Made by a program: the position numbers and the translations under genes. This document shows positions 9,307 through 20,000 of a stretch of 64,000 bases of DNA, piece after piece. Each line of letters starts with the position of its first letter. The stretch's first letter is position 1. A model generated the notes under the pieces. The model did not search any database and had not been told where the DNA came from. It saw only the letters and a list, made by a program, of their open reading frames with translations. The DNA is taken from the NCBI GenBank assembly GCA_945882915.1, contig CAMCWV010000004.1, positions 15,643-79,642 of the forward strand, given 5' to 3'. Origin of the DNA: Waddlia chondrophila WSU 86-1044. Its GTDB lineage: Bacteria; Chlamydiota; Chlamydiia; Chlamydiales; CAMCWV01.

Positions 9307-11223
9307 ATGACCGACTGGCGCCCTTTTCTATATCCTTTAGGCTTTGTTGCCGCCTTTTTCTTTGTTTTTCGTTTTCTTGTCCAATGGGTAAAGAGCGAAA
9401 AGAAAGGGAAGAGCCATGTGGCGGCTTCTTTTTGGCACTTGTCTTTAGTAGGCAACGTCTTAATGACCATCCACACGTTTATTCAGGTACAGTATTTTCT
9501 TTGCCTAATTCAGGCGCTGAATATCGTTCTTGTTTGGCGCAGCTTGGCATTGCTTAAGCAAGAAGATAACTCAGAAAGAAAGAAGGCACCTCTTGCATTC
9601 GTTTGGATGGTATTTGTCGCGACAACAACGCTTGTGACAGGGGCTTTTATCCTTCAGAGTTATATTTGCTGGGGAGAGATGGATTGGGTCCGTACACCGA
9701 CAATTCCTTGGAAGGGGGCTCCAGGAGAGCCTTTGCCTCTTGCATGGCATTTGCTAGGTTTTTTTGGAACGGGACTCTTTGCTGCACGGTTTTGGATCCA
9801 GTGGTGGCAGGCAGAGCATTATCGCACATCTTCTGAGGCTAAAAAAAGTGAGCCAAGAAAGAGTCTTGTAAGCGCGTTTTGGTGGACGAGCTTGGTAGGC
9901 TCTATTTTGGCTTTGACCTACTTTATCCGCATGGGCGATTGGGTAAACATTCTCGGGTATAGTTTTGGGCTAATTGTTTATGTCCGTAACCTTGTTCTTA
10001 TCAACAAAGAGTCTAACACAAACTTGGATGCAAAAACTCAGCGCCCCGTTTTGGACCTGTTCATCTTTGCAGGAGAGCATAGTGGAGACCTTCATGGAAG
10101 CCACCTTATTCGTGCTTTGAGGCAGCGGTTGCCCCACCTTCGAATTGGAGGTGTTGGGGGACCCAAGATGCGTCAAGAGGGGATGGAGTGTCTCCTTAAT
10201 ATGGAGTGCTTTCAGGTCATGGGCTTTTCGGATGTAATCCGTGCCCTTCCCAAGCTCTGGAAGCACTTCACAATGCTTAAAAAAACGATTCTTGCCATTC
10301 AGCCTTCAGCTGTTCTCTTCATTGACTATCCCGAGTTTAACATGCAAATGGCAAAAGCTCTTCGGAAGAAAAGCTACGGGGGAAAGCTTATCCATTATGT
10401 TTGTCCAACTGTTTGGGCATGGCGTGGTGGTCGTGTAAAGGGGCTTGTGGCTACTTTAGATAGACTTCTTACCATCTTTCCGTTTGAGGAGAAGTGTTTT
10501 TCTCAGAGCTCACTTCCTGTGACTTATGTGGGGAACCCTTTGTGGGGGTCTATTCAGCGTTATGAATATAAGGACGAGTGGAAGGCTTTGTGCGGTTTAA
10601 AGGAAGGGCTCGTCATAGGCGTGTTTCCTGGAAGTCGCCTTTCTGAGCTGCGCACAAACCTTGCCGTCCAGCTTCAAGTGGCTAAAAGAATGGTTGAGGC
10701 TCATCCAGAAGCGCGCATTGCCGTTTCTGTTGTTGATCCTCAGCAGCGCCATTTAATTGAAGAGATCATTCAGCAGAGTGGCCTGCGCCTTCAAGATGAG
10801 GTCGTGCTTGTTCCTCGGCAATACAATTATGAATTAATGAGAGAGTGTCACGTGGCCCTTGCAACAAGTGGCACGGTTACTTTAGAGATCGCTCTTCATG
10901 GGGTACCTACAGTTGTAACCTATCAGCCCTCGCTTCTTAACTATTTAATTGCAAAGCACGTGTTTCGCATAAAGCTGACCCATTTTTGCATTGTCAATAT
11001 CGTCTGCGGCAAGGAAGTATTTGCTGAGGTGATTGCTAAGAAGCTTGACGTGGATCAGATATATGCTTGCCTAGAAAATATTTATGGGGAATCTGCAGGC
11101 CGTCAGGTGGCGCTTGAGGGTTGCGAGGAGCTTAAAGTGCTTCTTAATGGTATTGATAGCGGTCTTGATTCTGGCAATAAGGCGGCTATTGCCATTGAGA
11201 AAGAGTTGGGTGGAATATGCTAA
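9307..11223 (+). CDS. lpxB: Lipid-A-disaccharide synthase with N-terminal membrane extension
   Basis: 638 aa. The C-terminal ~390 aa are LpxB-like (FIFAGEHSGDLHG, GTVTLEIALHGVP). The N-terminal ~240 aa are hydrophobic, with two similar basic motifs (FRFLVQWVKSEKKGKS; ARFWIQWWQAEHYRTS) resembling the lipid A biosynthesis N-terminal domain. Confidence 0.88.
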   Translation: MTDWRPFLYPLGFVAAFFFVFRFLVQWVKSEKKGKSHVAASFWHLSLVGNVLMTIHTFIQVQYFLCLIQALNIVLVWRSLALLKQEDNSERKKAPLAFVWMVFVATTTLVTGAFILQSYICWGEMDWVRTPTIPWKGAPGEPLPLAWHLLGFFGTGLFAARFWIQWWQAEHYRTSSEAKKSEPRKSLVSAFWWTSLVGSILALTYFIRMGDWVNILGYSFGLIVYVRNLVLINKESNTNLDAKTQRPVLDLFIFAGEHSGDLHGSHLIRALRQRLPHLRIGGVGGPKMRQEGMECLLNMECFQVMGFSDVIRALPKLWKHFTMLKKTILAIQPSAVLFIDYPEFNMQMAKALRKKSYGGKLIHYVCPTVWAWRGGRVKGLVATLDRLLTIFPFEEKCFSQSSLPVTYVGNPLWGSIQRYEYKDEWKALCGLKEGLVIGVFPGSRLSELRTNLAVQLQVAKRMVEAHPEARIAVSVVDPQQRHLIEEIIQQSGLRLQDEVVLVPRQYNYELMRECHVALATSGTVTLEIALHGVPTVVTYQPSLLNYLIAKHVFRIKLTHFCIVNIVCGKEVFAEVIAKKLDVDQIYACLENIYGESAGRQVALEGCEELKVLLNGIDSGLDSGNKAAIAIEKELGGIC

Positions 11224-11894
11224 CTAAAGTCCGTAATTGGATGAAGCGGCAAGCAAAAAAGTTCTTCTATCTAGTGTTTCCTAGGCTTGCTGTTTTTTTT
11301 ATTCGGGTTGTTCTTTGGACTTGTAGAGTAGAAATTGTAGGGCTTGCTGCGTACAAGAAACTCGCCTCCACAGAAAAATGCATTCTTATTCTTTGGCATA
11401 ACAGACTCGCGCTTGCCCCTGAGTTCTTTGGAAATAAAGTCTCTGAGATTCAACATGCTCCGGCAGTGAGCAATAGCCGTGATGGAGAGCTTCTTACATC
11501 AGTGATTGGGGTATTTCAGAATGGGAAGGTTGTTCGCGTGCCACATCGAGGCAGGTCTCAAGCTTTAAGAGAGATGCTTCGAGTTCTTCAGCAAAAAATC
11601 GTTGTAATCATTACTCCAGATGGTCCTCGCGGTCCTCGCTATGAAGTGAAGCCTGGAGTTGCCTTCCTTGCAATTGAAACTGCAGCAAAGATTGTCCCTT
11701 TTTCGTGGACAGCAAGTAGATTCTGGCAGCTTGGGACTTGGGATCAGCTCCGGTTGCCAAGGCCCTTTTCAAAAGTGGTTGTGGGTGTCGGCGCGCCTAT
11801 TGCGATCGAAAGTGTAGGCGTTACAGAGGCCTGCGCTCTGTTGAAAGAGGGGCTCCTCTCCTTTGACAGAATGCTCCAGGAGCGCACTAATTAA
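11217..11894 (+). CDS. DUF374 / lysophospholipid-acyltransferase-like protein
   Basis: 225 aa. Start overlaps the lpxB stop by 7 nt (ATGCTAA). Motifs WHNRL, SNSRDGE and TPDGPRGPRY, as I recall them for DUF374 proteins linked to Kdo/lipid A genes. Confidence 0.72.
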   Translation: MLTKVRNWMKRQAKKFFYLVFPRLAVFFIRVVLWTCRVEIVGLAAYKKLASTEKCILILWHNRLALAPEFFGNKVSEIQHAPAVSNSRDGELLTSVIGVFQNGKVVRVPHRGRSQALREMLRVLQQKIVVIITPDGPRGPRYEVKPGVAFLAIETAAKIVPFSWTASRFWQLGTWDQLRLPRPFSKVVVGVGAPIAIESVGVTEACALLKEGLLSFDRMLQERTN

Positions 11895-11999
11895 GCCTTT
11901 GCCATCAAGAGCTTCGCTACCGCCCCGCTCCGGGCACGCTAACCAACAAGCGTTAAACAGGTTAAACGTTGACTCAAAGGCTCGCTGTGTAAAGGCCTG

Positions 12000-13040
12000 C
12001 TATAAGGGTTGGTGGGAGGCTAGGCGGAAGGCGCGTTTGATGCCATTGATGATGGCTTTGCTTCCGGCATTGCCGTGGCATTTAATCACAATACCCTCGA
12101 CACCGCAGAGGATGGCTCCGGGGTATTCTGTGTAGTCGAATCGTTTTTTCAGAGTGCTTAAAATCTCGCCAGTTTCTTTTTCAGTTTCTTTTTTGATTTC
12201 TTTTGAAGAGTCGGAGGTAAGCGCTCCTTTAAGCCCTTCGAAAACAAAGGCAGAAACCCCTTCAGAGGTTTTCAGGAAGACATTTCCTGTGAAGCCGTCT
12301 GTAACTAGAACATCGACTTTTCCTTGAAAAACCTCTCTTCCTTCGACGTTGCCAATGAAGTTTATTTTCCCTTCGAGCCTTTGCTGTTCTAATATTTGAT
12401 AGGCTTCTCGGAGCTCTACAGTTCCTTTGCCTGCTTCAACGCCGATGTTGAGTAGACCAGCAGAAGGGTTTGGAATGTTTTGCATGTGGCGTTGATAGGT
12501 GATTCCTAGCTGTGCAAACTCCACAAGCTGAGAGGCTTTGCATGAGACATTGGCTCCCACATCTAAAACTGCAACAGAGCCTGTGATGGTGGGGATAACA
12601 GCGAGAAGTGCGGGACGCTGAATGCCGGGTAACATAGGCAATAAGAGCCTGGCAAAGCCGATGAGAGCGCCTGTATTTCCTGCAGAAATAAAGGCGTTAA
12701 TAGAGCGTTTTTTTAATAGAGAGATGCCAACGGCCAAAGAAGAGCGTTTCTTGCTGCGAATAGCTGCTAAAGGGGATTCTTCCATAGTGACGATCTCTTC
12801 AGCGGGGGCAAACTCAATTTTTGCTGAAGATGAGGCGGCGAGGTTGGAGGAGCTGAAAGAAGAACTAAAAGAAGTCTGGAGAGAGGAGATGAGTTCGGGC
12901 GTAGCGATTGCAATGAGGGTAGCTGTTGCAGGCAGCTCGCAAGCTGCCTGCTGAATAGCCTCAAAAAGGAGTTGGGGAGAGCGGTCACTCCCCATGAGAT
13001 CTATGCCAATGGTGATTCCAAGAGGGGCGTCACTATGCAA
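12000..13040 (-). CDS. plsX: Phosphate acyltransferase PlsX
   Basis: 346 aa from TTG. Motifs GIDLMGSD and GFTGNVFLKTSEG. Lies in the canonical yceD-rpmF-plsX order. Confidence 0.94.
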   Translation of the reverse strand: MHSDAPLGITIGIDLMGSDRSPQLLFEAIQQAACELPATATLIAIATPELISSLQTSFSSSFSSSNLAASSSAKIEFAPAEEIVTMEESPLAAIRSKKRSSLAVGISLLKKRSINAFISAGNTGALIGFARLLLPMLPGIQRPALLAVIPTITGSVAVLDVGANVSCKASQLVEFAQLGITYQRHMQNIPNPSAGLLNIGVEAGKGTVELREAYQILEQQRLEGKINFIGNVEGREVFQGKVDVLVTDGFTGNVFLKTSEGVSAFVFEGLKGALTSDSSKEIKKETEKETGEILSTLKKRFDYTEYPGAILCGVEGIVIKCHGNAGSKAIINGIKRAFRLASHQPL

Positions 13041-13060
13041 GTAGACTTCCTTTGAGGTAG

Positions 13061-13252
13061 TTATTCTGCTTTTGCAATGACAACGAGTGTTTGATTTTTA
13101 CCATTTGTGTACTTGCCACACTTTCCGCAGAGGCAGTGAGGAAGACGGGGTGCGCCACACTCACAAACAAGAACGAATCGTGCTTCTTTTGCGTGGTGTG
13201 AACGACGCATGTTTTTTCTACGGTTTGAACTGCGATTACGAGGAACTGCCAT
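13061..13252 (-). CDS. rpmF: 50S ribosomal protein L32
   Basis: 63 aa. MAVPRNRSSNRRKNMRRSH plus a Cys cluster CECG...CGKCG. Confidence 0.95.
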   Translation of the reverse strand: MAVPRNRSSNRRKNMRRSHHAKEARFVLVCECGAPRLPHCLCGKCGKYTNGKNQTLVVIAKAE

Positions 13253-13276
13253 GACGACCTCTCTAGGTTAAATAAA

Positions 13277-13750
13277 TTAATTTAATAGGTTTGTAAAGGG
13301 GTTATATCCCGCTTCTTCGCCTTCTGATGTTGAATTTTCTTCAGATTTTAAAAAGGGGGTAAGAGTTTCTCTTTCTGGGCACTTCCCTTCGTGACATTCA
13401 GCAAATGGGGGCACTTCTAGAAGGAGTGATTCTCTTACGAACTCTTTCAAATCAAATAGCTTAGTTTTACATTCAGCAAGTGGCTGAGCAAGGTATAGGT
13501 TTTCTAGGACGATAGGAAGGTGCACATCGCCATTGCAGATTGAGCAAGGGAGAATTGCTTCTCCGTTGACATTGAGGTGGATGAGTAGCTCTTCATCGGC
13601 TATATAGGCTTCCCCTTCAATGTGGATGGGGTCGGCAAAGCGCAAGTCTTTGTCATTGATGTCCAAAAGCGCGGAAGGGATCTCTTCGTGAATTTCTTCA
13701 ACGTGCCCTTCTTTGAGACGGTCGGTGTAGATAGTTAGCGCTTCGATCAT
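13277..13750 (-). CDS. yceD: YceD/DUF177 family protein
   Basis: 157 aa, acidic, with CSICNG...ECHEGKCPE Cys motifs. Sits immediately upstream of rpmF, as in many bacteria. Confidence 0.82.
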   Translation of the reverse strand: MIEALTIYTDRLKEGHVEEIHEEIPSALLDINDKDLRFADPIHIEGEAYIADEELLIHLNVNGEAILPCSICNGDVHLPIVLENLYLAQPLAECKTKLFDLKEFVRESLLLEVPPFAECHEGKCPERETLTPFLKSEENSTSEGEEAGYNPFTNLLN

Positions 13751-14084
13751 GTTTTGACTAATAAATGACTTGTGAATTGGTCGAGATTACCTAAAAACCG
13801 CTTTTATCTCCAGTGCTTTTCCTAGAAGCTGCCAAGACGTACAGATACCATGCACAAAAATCGAAAAGGGGAGGTTGTCCTAAACAAGCGTTTGCCCTTG
13901 CCATGCCGGCAAAACCGGACTAGTCCACATGCACCGACGAAGGAGGGGTATATGAACTGTTACGCAAAACCTTAATTTATTTGAATTTTTTATTTTACGA
14001 TAAGTGGATGGTTTTTATTGTAAAATTAGTGTGAGTTGGTTTAGTTTTAATTAAACATGACGGATTAAAATCGCGGGTATACTT

Positions 14085-17000
14085 ATGAAAGATCGTTTTG
14101 CTGTTGGTTCTTTTCAAGACAACATGAAACAGCTCTATACCGCCCATATCATCCATAGGCAAGGGGATCCCAATGTCGAGGTTGCGGGGAAAGAGCGGCT
14201 AAAGCGCACCCAGGAAATTAGCACATTTGCTGTTCGCCATTTGATCAAAGCCAAGGCCTTGCAAAGCGGCGATAAGATCGAGGTTGACGAGTACTATAAA
14301 AAGATCCGCGTTTCCAATAAAGAAAAGTTTAAGTCGTTTTCCTTTAAAGAGTTGGGGATTCTCTTTGACAAAGGCTCACCAAAAAGTAAGCATACAGATG
14401 ATGCGTTGCCTCAGGTAACAGTCGAGGCCTTTGCCGAATCCCTTGTCCATAACATCCCTTTTGCCAAGTCTGCTCGCCTTCGCTACCTAAAAGACGCTGT
14501 TCTTGACCGGTATGCCATGTTCTATTTCACTGACTATCTGTGGGATACGTGGAAAATGCTCTCGATGAACGGGCTTCTTTGGAATATGCTCTCTTTGCCA
14601 GAGAGGATTTTTCACTACGGTCTTGCGGCCATCAACCTCTTGGGCTACGCCTATTTTAGCATTAGAGATCTCGCTAAAAACAAGTTCCCTCAGCTTAAGC
14701 GGGAATTCACCATGTGGATGTTCCAGCGAAATAAGGTCCCTCTTTCTTTGATAGATGCAATGGAAGGGGTTATTCAGTTTTTAGAGATGAAGCGGTCACA
14801 ATCAGCTGAGTACGATCAGGTCATCAATGAATACAAAGCCTGCCGGCGCATAGCCCTTGAGCTTGAGAAGATAAAGGGCTGGACAGTGCCTTTTCAGGTA
14901 AGCGGCGTTAAGAGGCTCGCTGAAAGGCAGGGGAAGGCTATTTCGCAGCTTAATGAGGGGCAGCGTCATCTTGTTCCGGGTGGGGTTTATAAAAATGGGC
15001 AGTTCATCCCTTTTCTCTATGAATTTGAACGGGGAATGGGGGAGGAAAAAGATAAGTGCCTTGTCCGTATCATTGATGTTCACGGGACGTTTTCTTCTTA
15101 TCAAGGGAGTGTCCAAAATGAAGAGACGGGAAAGCTAAAGGCGATCCCTTACATTTCGTTTACGATGGATCTTGCTAGAGCCTCTAATGCAGAAGATGTC
15201 TTGCAGCCACTCTTGGAGCTTCAGCTCCCGGCAGCTTATGCGGAGTTTAAAGCGCCAGAGACGATTGAAATGGCAAGAGCGTTCCTCCAAACGGGCCTTC
15301 TTAAGGCAGCCGATAGAGTTGAGTCGTTGCAAGATCATTGGGCAATACGCCGCGTGGGGAACTATGCCATTGTGCCTGCTCTAAAAGGACTTTCTGGAGT
15401 AACGCAGGTCATTTCGAACTGCTTTGGTTTTGCGGATCTTGGATCAGAGACTCTCGAGAGGATCCTGCCAGAGCTTCAGAAGCTTGACTATCCTAAGAAT
15501 CCGGAGCCGGATGATCCGAAGCTTATGAAGCTTGCAAAGCAAGGAAAGGGGGCCTACAAAACTGCCTGGGCGCTTTTGAAGCTCCGCTTCCCAGATCAAT
15601 GTGCCCGTCTGCAATTGGAGCTTAAATATACCGTTCTCTGTCAGCTTTTTGAAAATGAGAAGGCGCTGCTGTCTAAAGATGCAGGTGCTAGAGAGAGGGC
15701 GGTCATTCGGGAGTGTATTCAAGAGTGGGCTGATTTATTTGAAAAGAGCGCTCCAAAGTTATTTGCTAATGACGACATTCAGCTGCAAGAAGTCCACGGA
15801 ATGAATGAGCGGTTGGAGGGGATTCTTCAACAAATTCAAAAGATGGAAGAGGGGCTTGTTCGTCCTGTTAAAGAGCTTGTAATTCCAAAAAGATGTGTAA
15901 CAACCAATCATGGAAGCGTTGGTCTTTCTGCGCTTGCTCATGTCGATGGTTATGCGCCGATCCCTGCTAAATCGCTTGCGCCTATTATTTCAAGAAGTGT
16001 GATTGACTGGGCTCAAGGTCCTTCTGTCTCGGTGGCTGCTTTTGAGGGGTATCTTAAAGAGATGGACGCTCTTTGTAAGAAGGGTGATGATCACAAGTGG
16101 GAGGCCATTGACGTTGCTGCTGTGGATCTTTTGCGGCAGCTGCCAATTCCAACAGTGGGTGAAAGTATAGATCCTGTTTGGGATAGCAAGATGACGCCTG
16201 AGCAAATTTCGCATTGGCAAGAACTTGTGCACAGAGCGCGTGAATACGTCTGGAAGGCAAATCACATAAGGCAGACAGATGGGGTGACAGGGGTACATGC
16301 CGAGGCGCTTGCTAGAAGTGCAGCTGTGAGTCTAAAGCTGGCAATGCGTAATAAAGATGTAAACATGATAGGGCCTGTTGCGGGAATGGACCTGAGTCCC
16401 TTCGAGGCCATCACAGACAACAAGACCTTCTATTTTGCAAGTAAGGAGCAAGAAGATTCGGTGAGGGGTTGTCTTGACTTTATGCGAGAGGTAAATAAGC
16501 TATCTGAAAAAGAGTTCCCCCTGAGTGGGATTCACCTGTTAAACAAATCTTTAGGTGTTGGGGGAATACAAGATTGGAGGGAGGAGAGAGCGCTCTGGAT
16601 ATATGTAGAGGCTATTTACCAGAAGATCCATGGAGTTTTCGATTTTGATTGCGCTCTTAATCCAGCAGAGCGTTTTAAACATTTAAGAGAGGTGTCAACC
16701 TCTCTGGACTACCCTAGGCTTCCTGGAGTTAAGAAGCATCTTTCGACGCTGAAAGCTGTTTTACAGAAGCTTCCCCCAAAAGACTACACGGAGATTGCTA
16801 AGTTAAAGACGCTTCTTGAGCGTTTACCACAGGCATTTGAGTTTACTGGAGAGGATGCTGCTATTGAAGGTAAGTTAAAGGCGCTCAGTGACGAGCTGAA
16901 CTTGTTGCGTGAGCAGCTTAAGATCAAAAAAGACATCCCTCTCACATCCATTGGAAAGATGTACCCTAGAGAGATTTCGCAAGTTACTGGGGGGGAGGCA

Positions 17001-20000
17001 AAGAAGTTTTATGAGCTTCAACAGAAAGCAGAGATTTTAGCCGATTTAGGAGAGAAGGGGTACAACCATCCAGATATCACCCATTTGCGCCTTTGTGATT
17101 TGCAGTTAAAGACAATGCTTTCTAATCGCAACTGCTATTACGAGCGCGGCGTGATGGGGCTTTCTAAAGAAGCAGCCTTTCAAGCTTACGGCATTGCCCG
17201 TGGAGAGGTGCGCCTCGATAAATTTAGCAAAGATTTTGAGGCAACACGCCGCCGGTTCATCTCTTATGCGATGTCTAAAAAAGGGGAGCCTTACTTTTCG
17301 TTTAGAAGAGAGGGGAATACACAATCTTTTATCGACTACCTGGCGAGCTACAAGTGGGGTCTGGATTTCTTTTTGCTCAGTACAGGGCTTTCACTTGGCA
17401 ACACCTTTATGGCCGGTGGAATTAAGGCGCTTTTGATGGAAATTCTTCGGCTGATTTTTTCGTTGGAGTTTTGGGCGTTGGGGGGGATTTTTGGGTCTTC
17501 GTGGTTGATCTACCGCAATATGTATGGGCATGCACTTGTACGTGCTGATGTGATGTGTGAGCCTTATGGGCTCTGTTTGGGGTCTTGGGATCATCATAGG
17601 TATGACTTTGCTCGCAGCCGGGATGCAGAAGGGATTGGTAAGCCCTACGGAGGGTCTGGAGATGATGCTTTCAACCGTACTAGGGTCATAAGGGAAGATG
17701 TCGTTGGATTTCGCATTGGCGCCGATGATTATGATCCTTGGACTGCAGAAAAGACAGAGCAGAAAGTTATTGCAGATGCAGAGAGAATCGGAGAGCTTAC
17801 TCTTGAGCAGTCACGGGATTTGCAAAGAACGCGGCTTAACGCTGCTGAGATTGGGGAAGTCCTTGATTATTACTCAGATAACCCACTTCTTTTAGAAGAA
17901 GGTCCCCATCAACACCTTTTAGAGCGCGCATTGACTAGATATGGAAAAATGACCGAAGCGCTCGGTAGGCAGCCAGAGCTTGTCGCCCGCTTTAATCGCT
18001 TTTTCTCTAAGCAACTTAACTGGGCGCGCATGGGGCAAAAGGTGCAGGAGCAGCTTTTTCTGGCCCGCTTGTCAGAGCGTGTTAACACCTATATTTCAGA
18101 TAATGATGTGGCTAAAATCGTTTTTCACGCCCTGCCAAAAGAAGGTGGCGAGGCTGAGATTGGTACTGCTGTTTTGCGGGTGTTAGGCGAATTGGAACGC
18201 GACCAGACTCTTGGAAGGAGCCGGTCTTCGCTCAATACAGAGCTTCTTCGGAAGCTTCAGGAAAATGCGCGACTGCTTGCAGATCAAACAGGTCGATTAG
18301 CCAGGGAAGCTAAAGAGGCTCGATCAGCGCTTTCAGTTCGAATAGCTGAATTAGAAGGGGAAATTCGAAGAGTTCTTGCCGCTCAAGCCGCTCAAACCGC
18401 TGGAGGCTTTCAAATATATAGCAGGAACAAACCTGATCCACTAGAGGCTGAATTTGCAAGTCTTCGACTCAAGCAGGAAGATGCAAGCGCTCGATTAGCA
18501 CCTGGAGTTGCAAGTGCTCAATTAGAGTTTGTGAAGGGGCTTGATAGGTTTGGCGATGATATAGAAGGGCTTTCTAAAGAGATGCTTGAAGATCTCGAAA
18601 ATTCTAAGCTTCAAGAAGCGGTTATCGCGCTACAGGATCTTCTCAAGAAAGTAAGAGAAGGGATTCCAAACCGCCTTCTTTCAAAACAGATTCTCGACCA
18701 GTGCGTCAAGCAGTGCCGTGATGGGACCGCTGCTTATTTAAAGCATTTAGTCCCCATCCACGCCCATATCATCGCCGCGTACGCTTCTTATTCTGAAGCA
18801 GAGTTGCAATCTCTGGGTACAGAAGAGCTCCTTAGCGTTATCAAGAGCTTCTTTGTTGTGCGCGGCGCCGAAGAGGACGCAGCACATCGCGATCCTGTGT
18901 TTAATGATAGTGTCAATGAGGCTGTCTTAAAGCTGATGCCTATTTTTAAAGGACGTCTTAGTGATGATGCAACGAAAGAGCCACTCCTTAACGCTATTTT
19001 ACGAGCCGTTCACCCCGAAGCTACTGATCAAAAATGGGAAGGGACATCGACCTTTTTTACCTGTAAAGATTGGGAAATCGACATTGCCAACGGGCGTGTT
19101 TACCATCAAGGTTACTTAAAAACAGAGCTCCCCTATTCGGTTCTAAAGAATGAGGGTGTTCTTCGTCTTTTTGGCGGAGGGCCCATTCCTTGCAAGCTGC
19201 AGTGCAGCCAGAACTCTTATAATAAGAGTCAGGTGAGAAAGTTTACTTTTGAGAAAGGGGGCGATCACTACTCCATTATTCAGAGAGCTGACGAGTCGAT
19301 TGCCATCTACAAAGAGATCCTTAATATCCATACAGGCGTTCAGTCTTGGCATCAATGGATTCATCAGGAGATGCAAGGAGAAGAAAGTAAGGTGGCCTCA
19401 GCAGAGGACCGGGCGGGAAGAAGAACCTTGCCTAAGCCTGTGACAGATAACATTTGCTGGGTCGATTGTGATCAGCCCGCACACTTCCTTATTTGTGATG
19501 AGGGAGGAAAGGAGCTTTATAGGGGCACTTTGAGGGGGAAGAGTATTTATAGCTTGTACAACCTCAAGTACCCAGAAGGAGAAAACACCGTTCTTCGCGT
19601 TTGGGGTAATAAATCTTCACTTGAAGCGTTAACACGCATCGCTCCCCCTGAGCAGATTGAAGTGTTGGGGACGGCGGAAGGGGCTCCTAAGACCATTGTT
19701 TATCATAATTACAATCAGTCATTCTCTATTGATGAAGAGGGGATTGCTCATAGCGGAAATGATGCCCACTTTGTTCTTACCGACAAGCAAAAGTTGAATG
19801 TGAGGGGGCTTGGAAGCCACTTTCAGCACTTCCAAGTCGTTAAGCACGATGAAGATCAGATTGAAAGGGTGCTTATTCCTGCCAGTGAGATTGCCCAGAC
19901 AGTAAATTCTTTGAGCGCGCAGGCTGTGGGAATGGGCGTTGATGCGGTAACAGGGATTGCGACAGGAGGGAGGACCCCTCAGCAGGCCCTTGGTAACATG

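Noticed and set aside
11895-11999. Possible fourth family A copy between the DUF374 gene and plsX (agagcttcgctaccgc resembles the A outer arm)
   Set aside because: Only a ~17-nt match is present, with no inner ACATGT palindrome and no second arm. It is too short to call more than a possible remnant.
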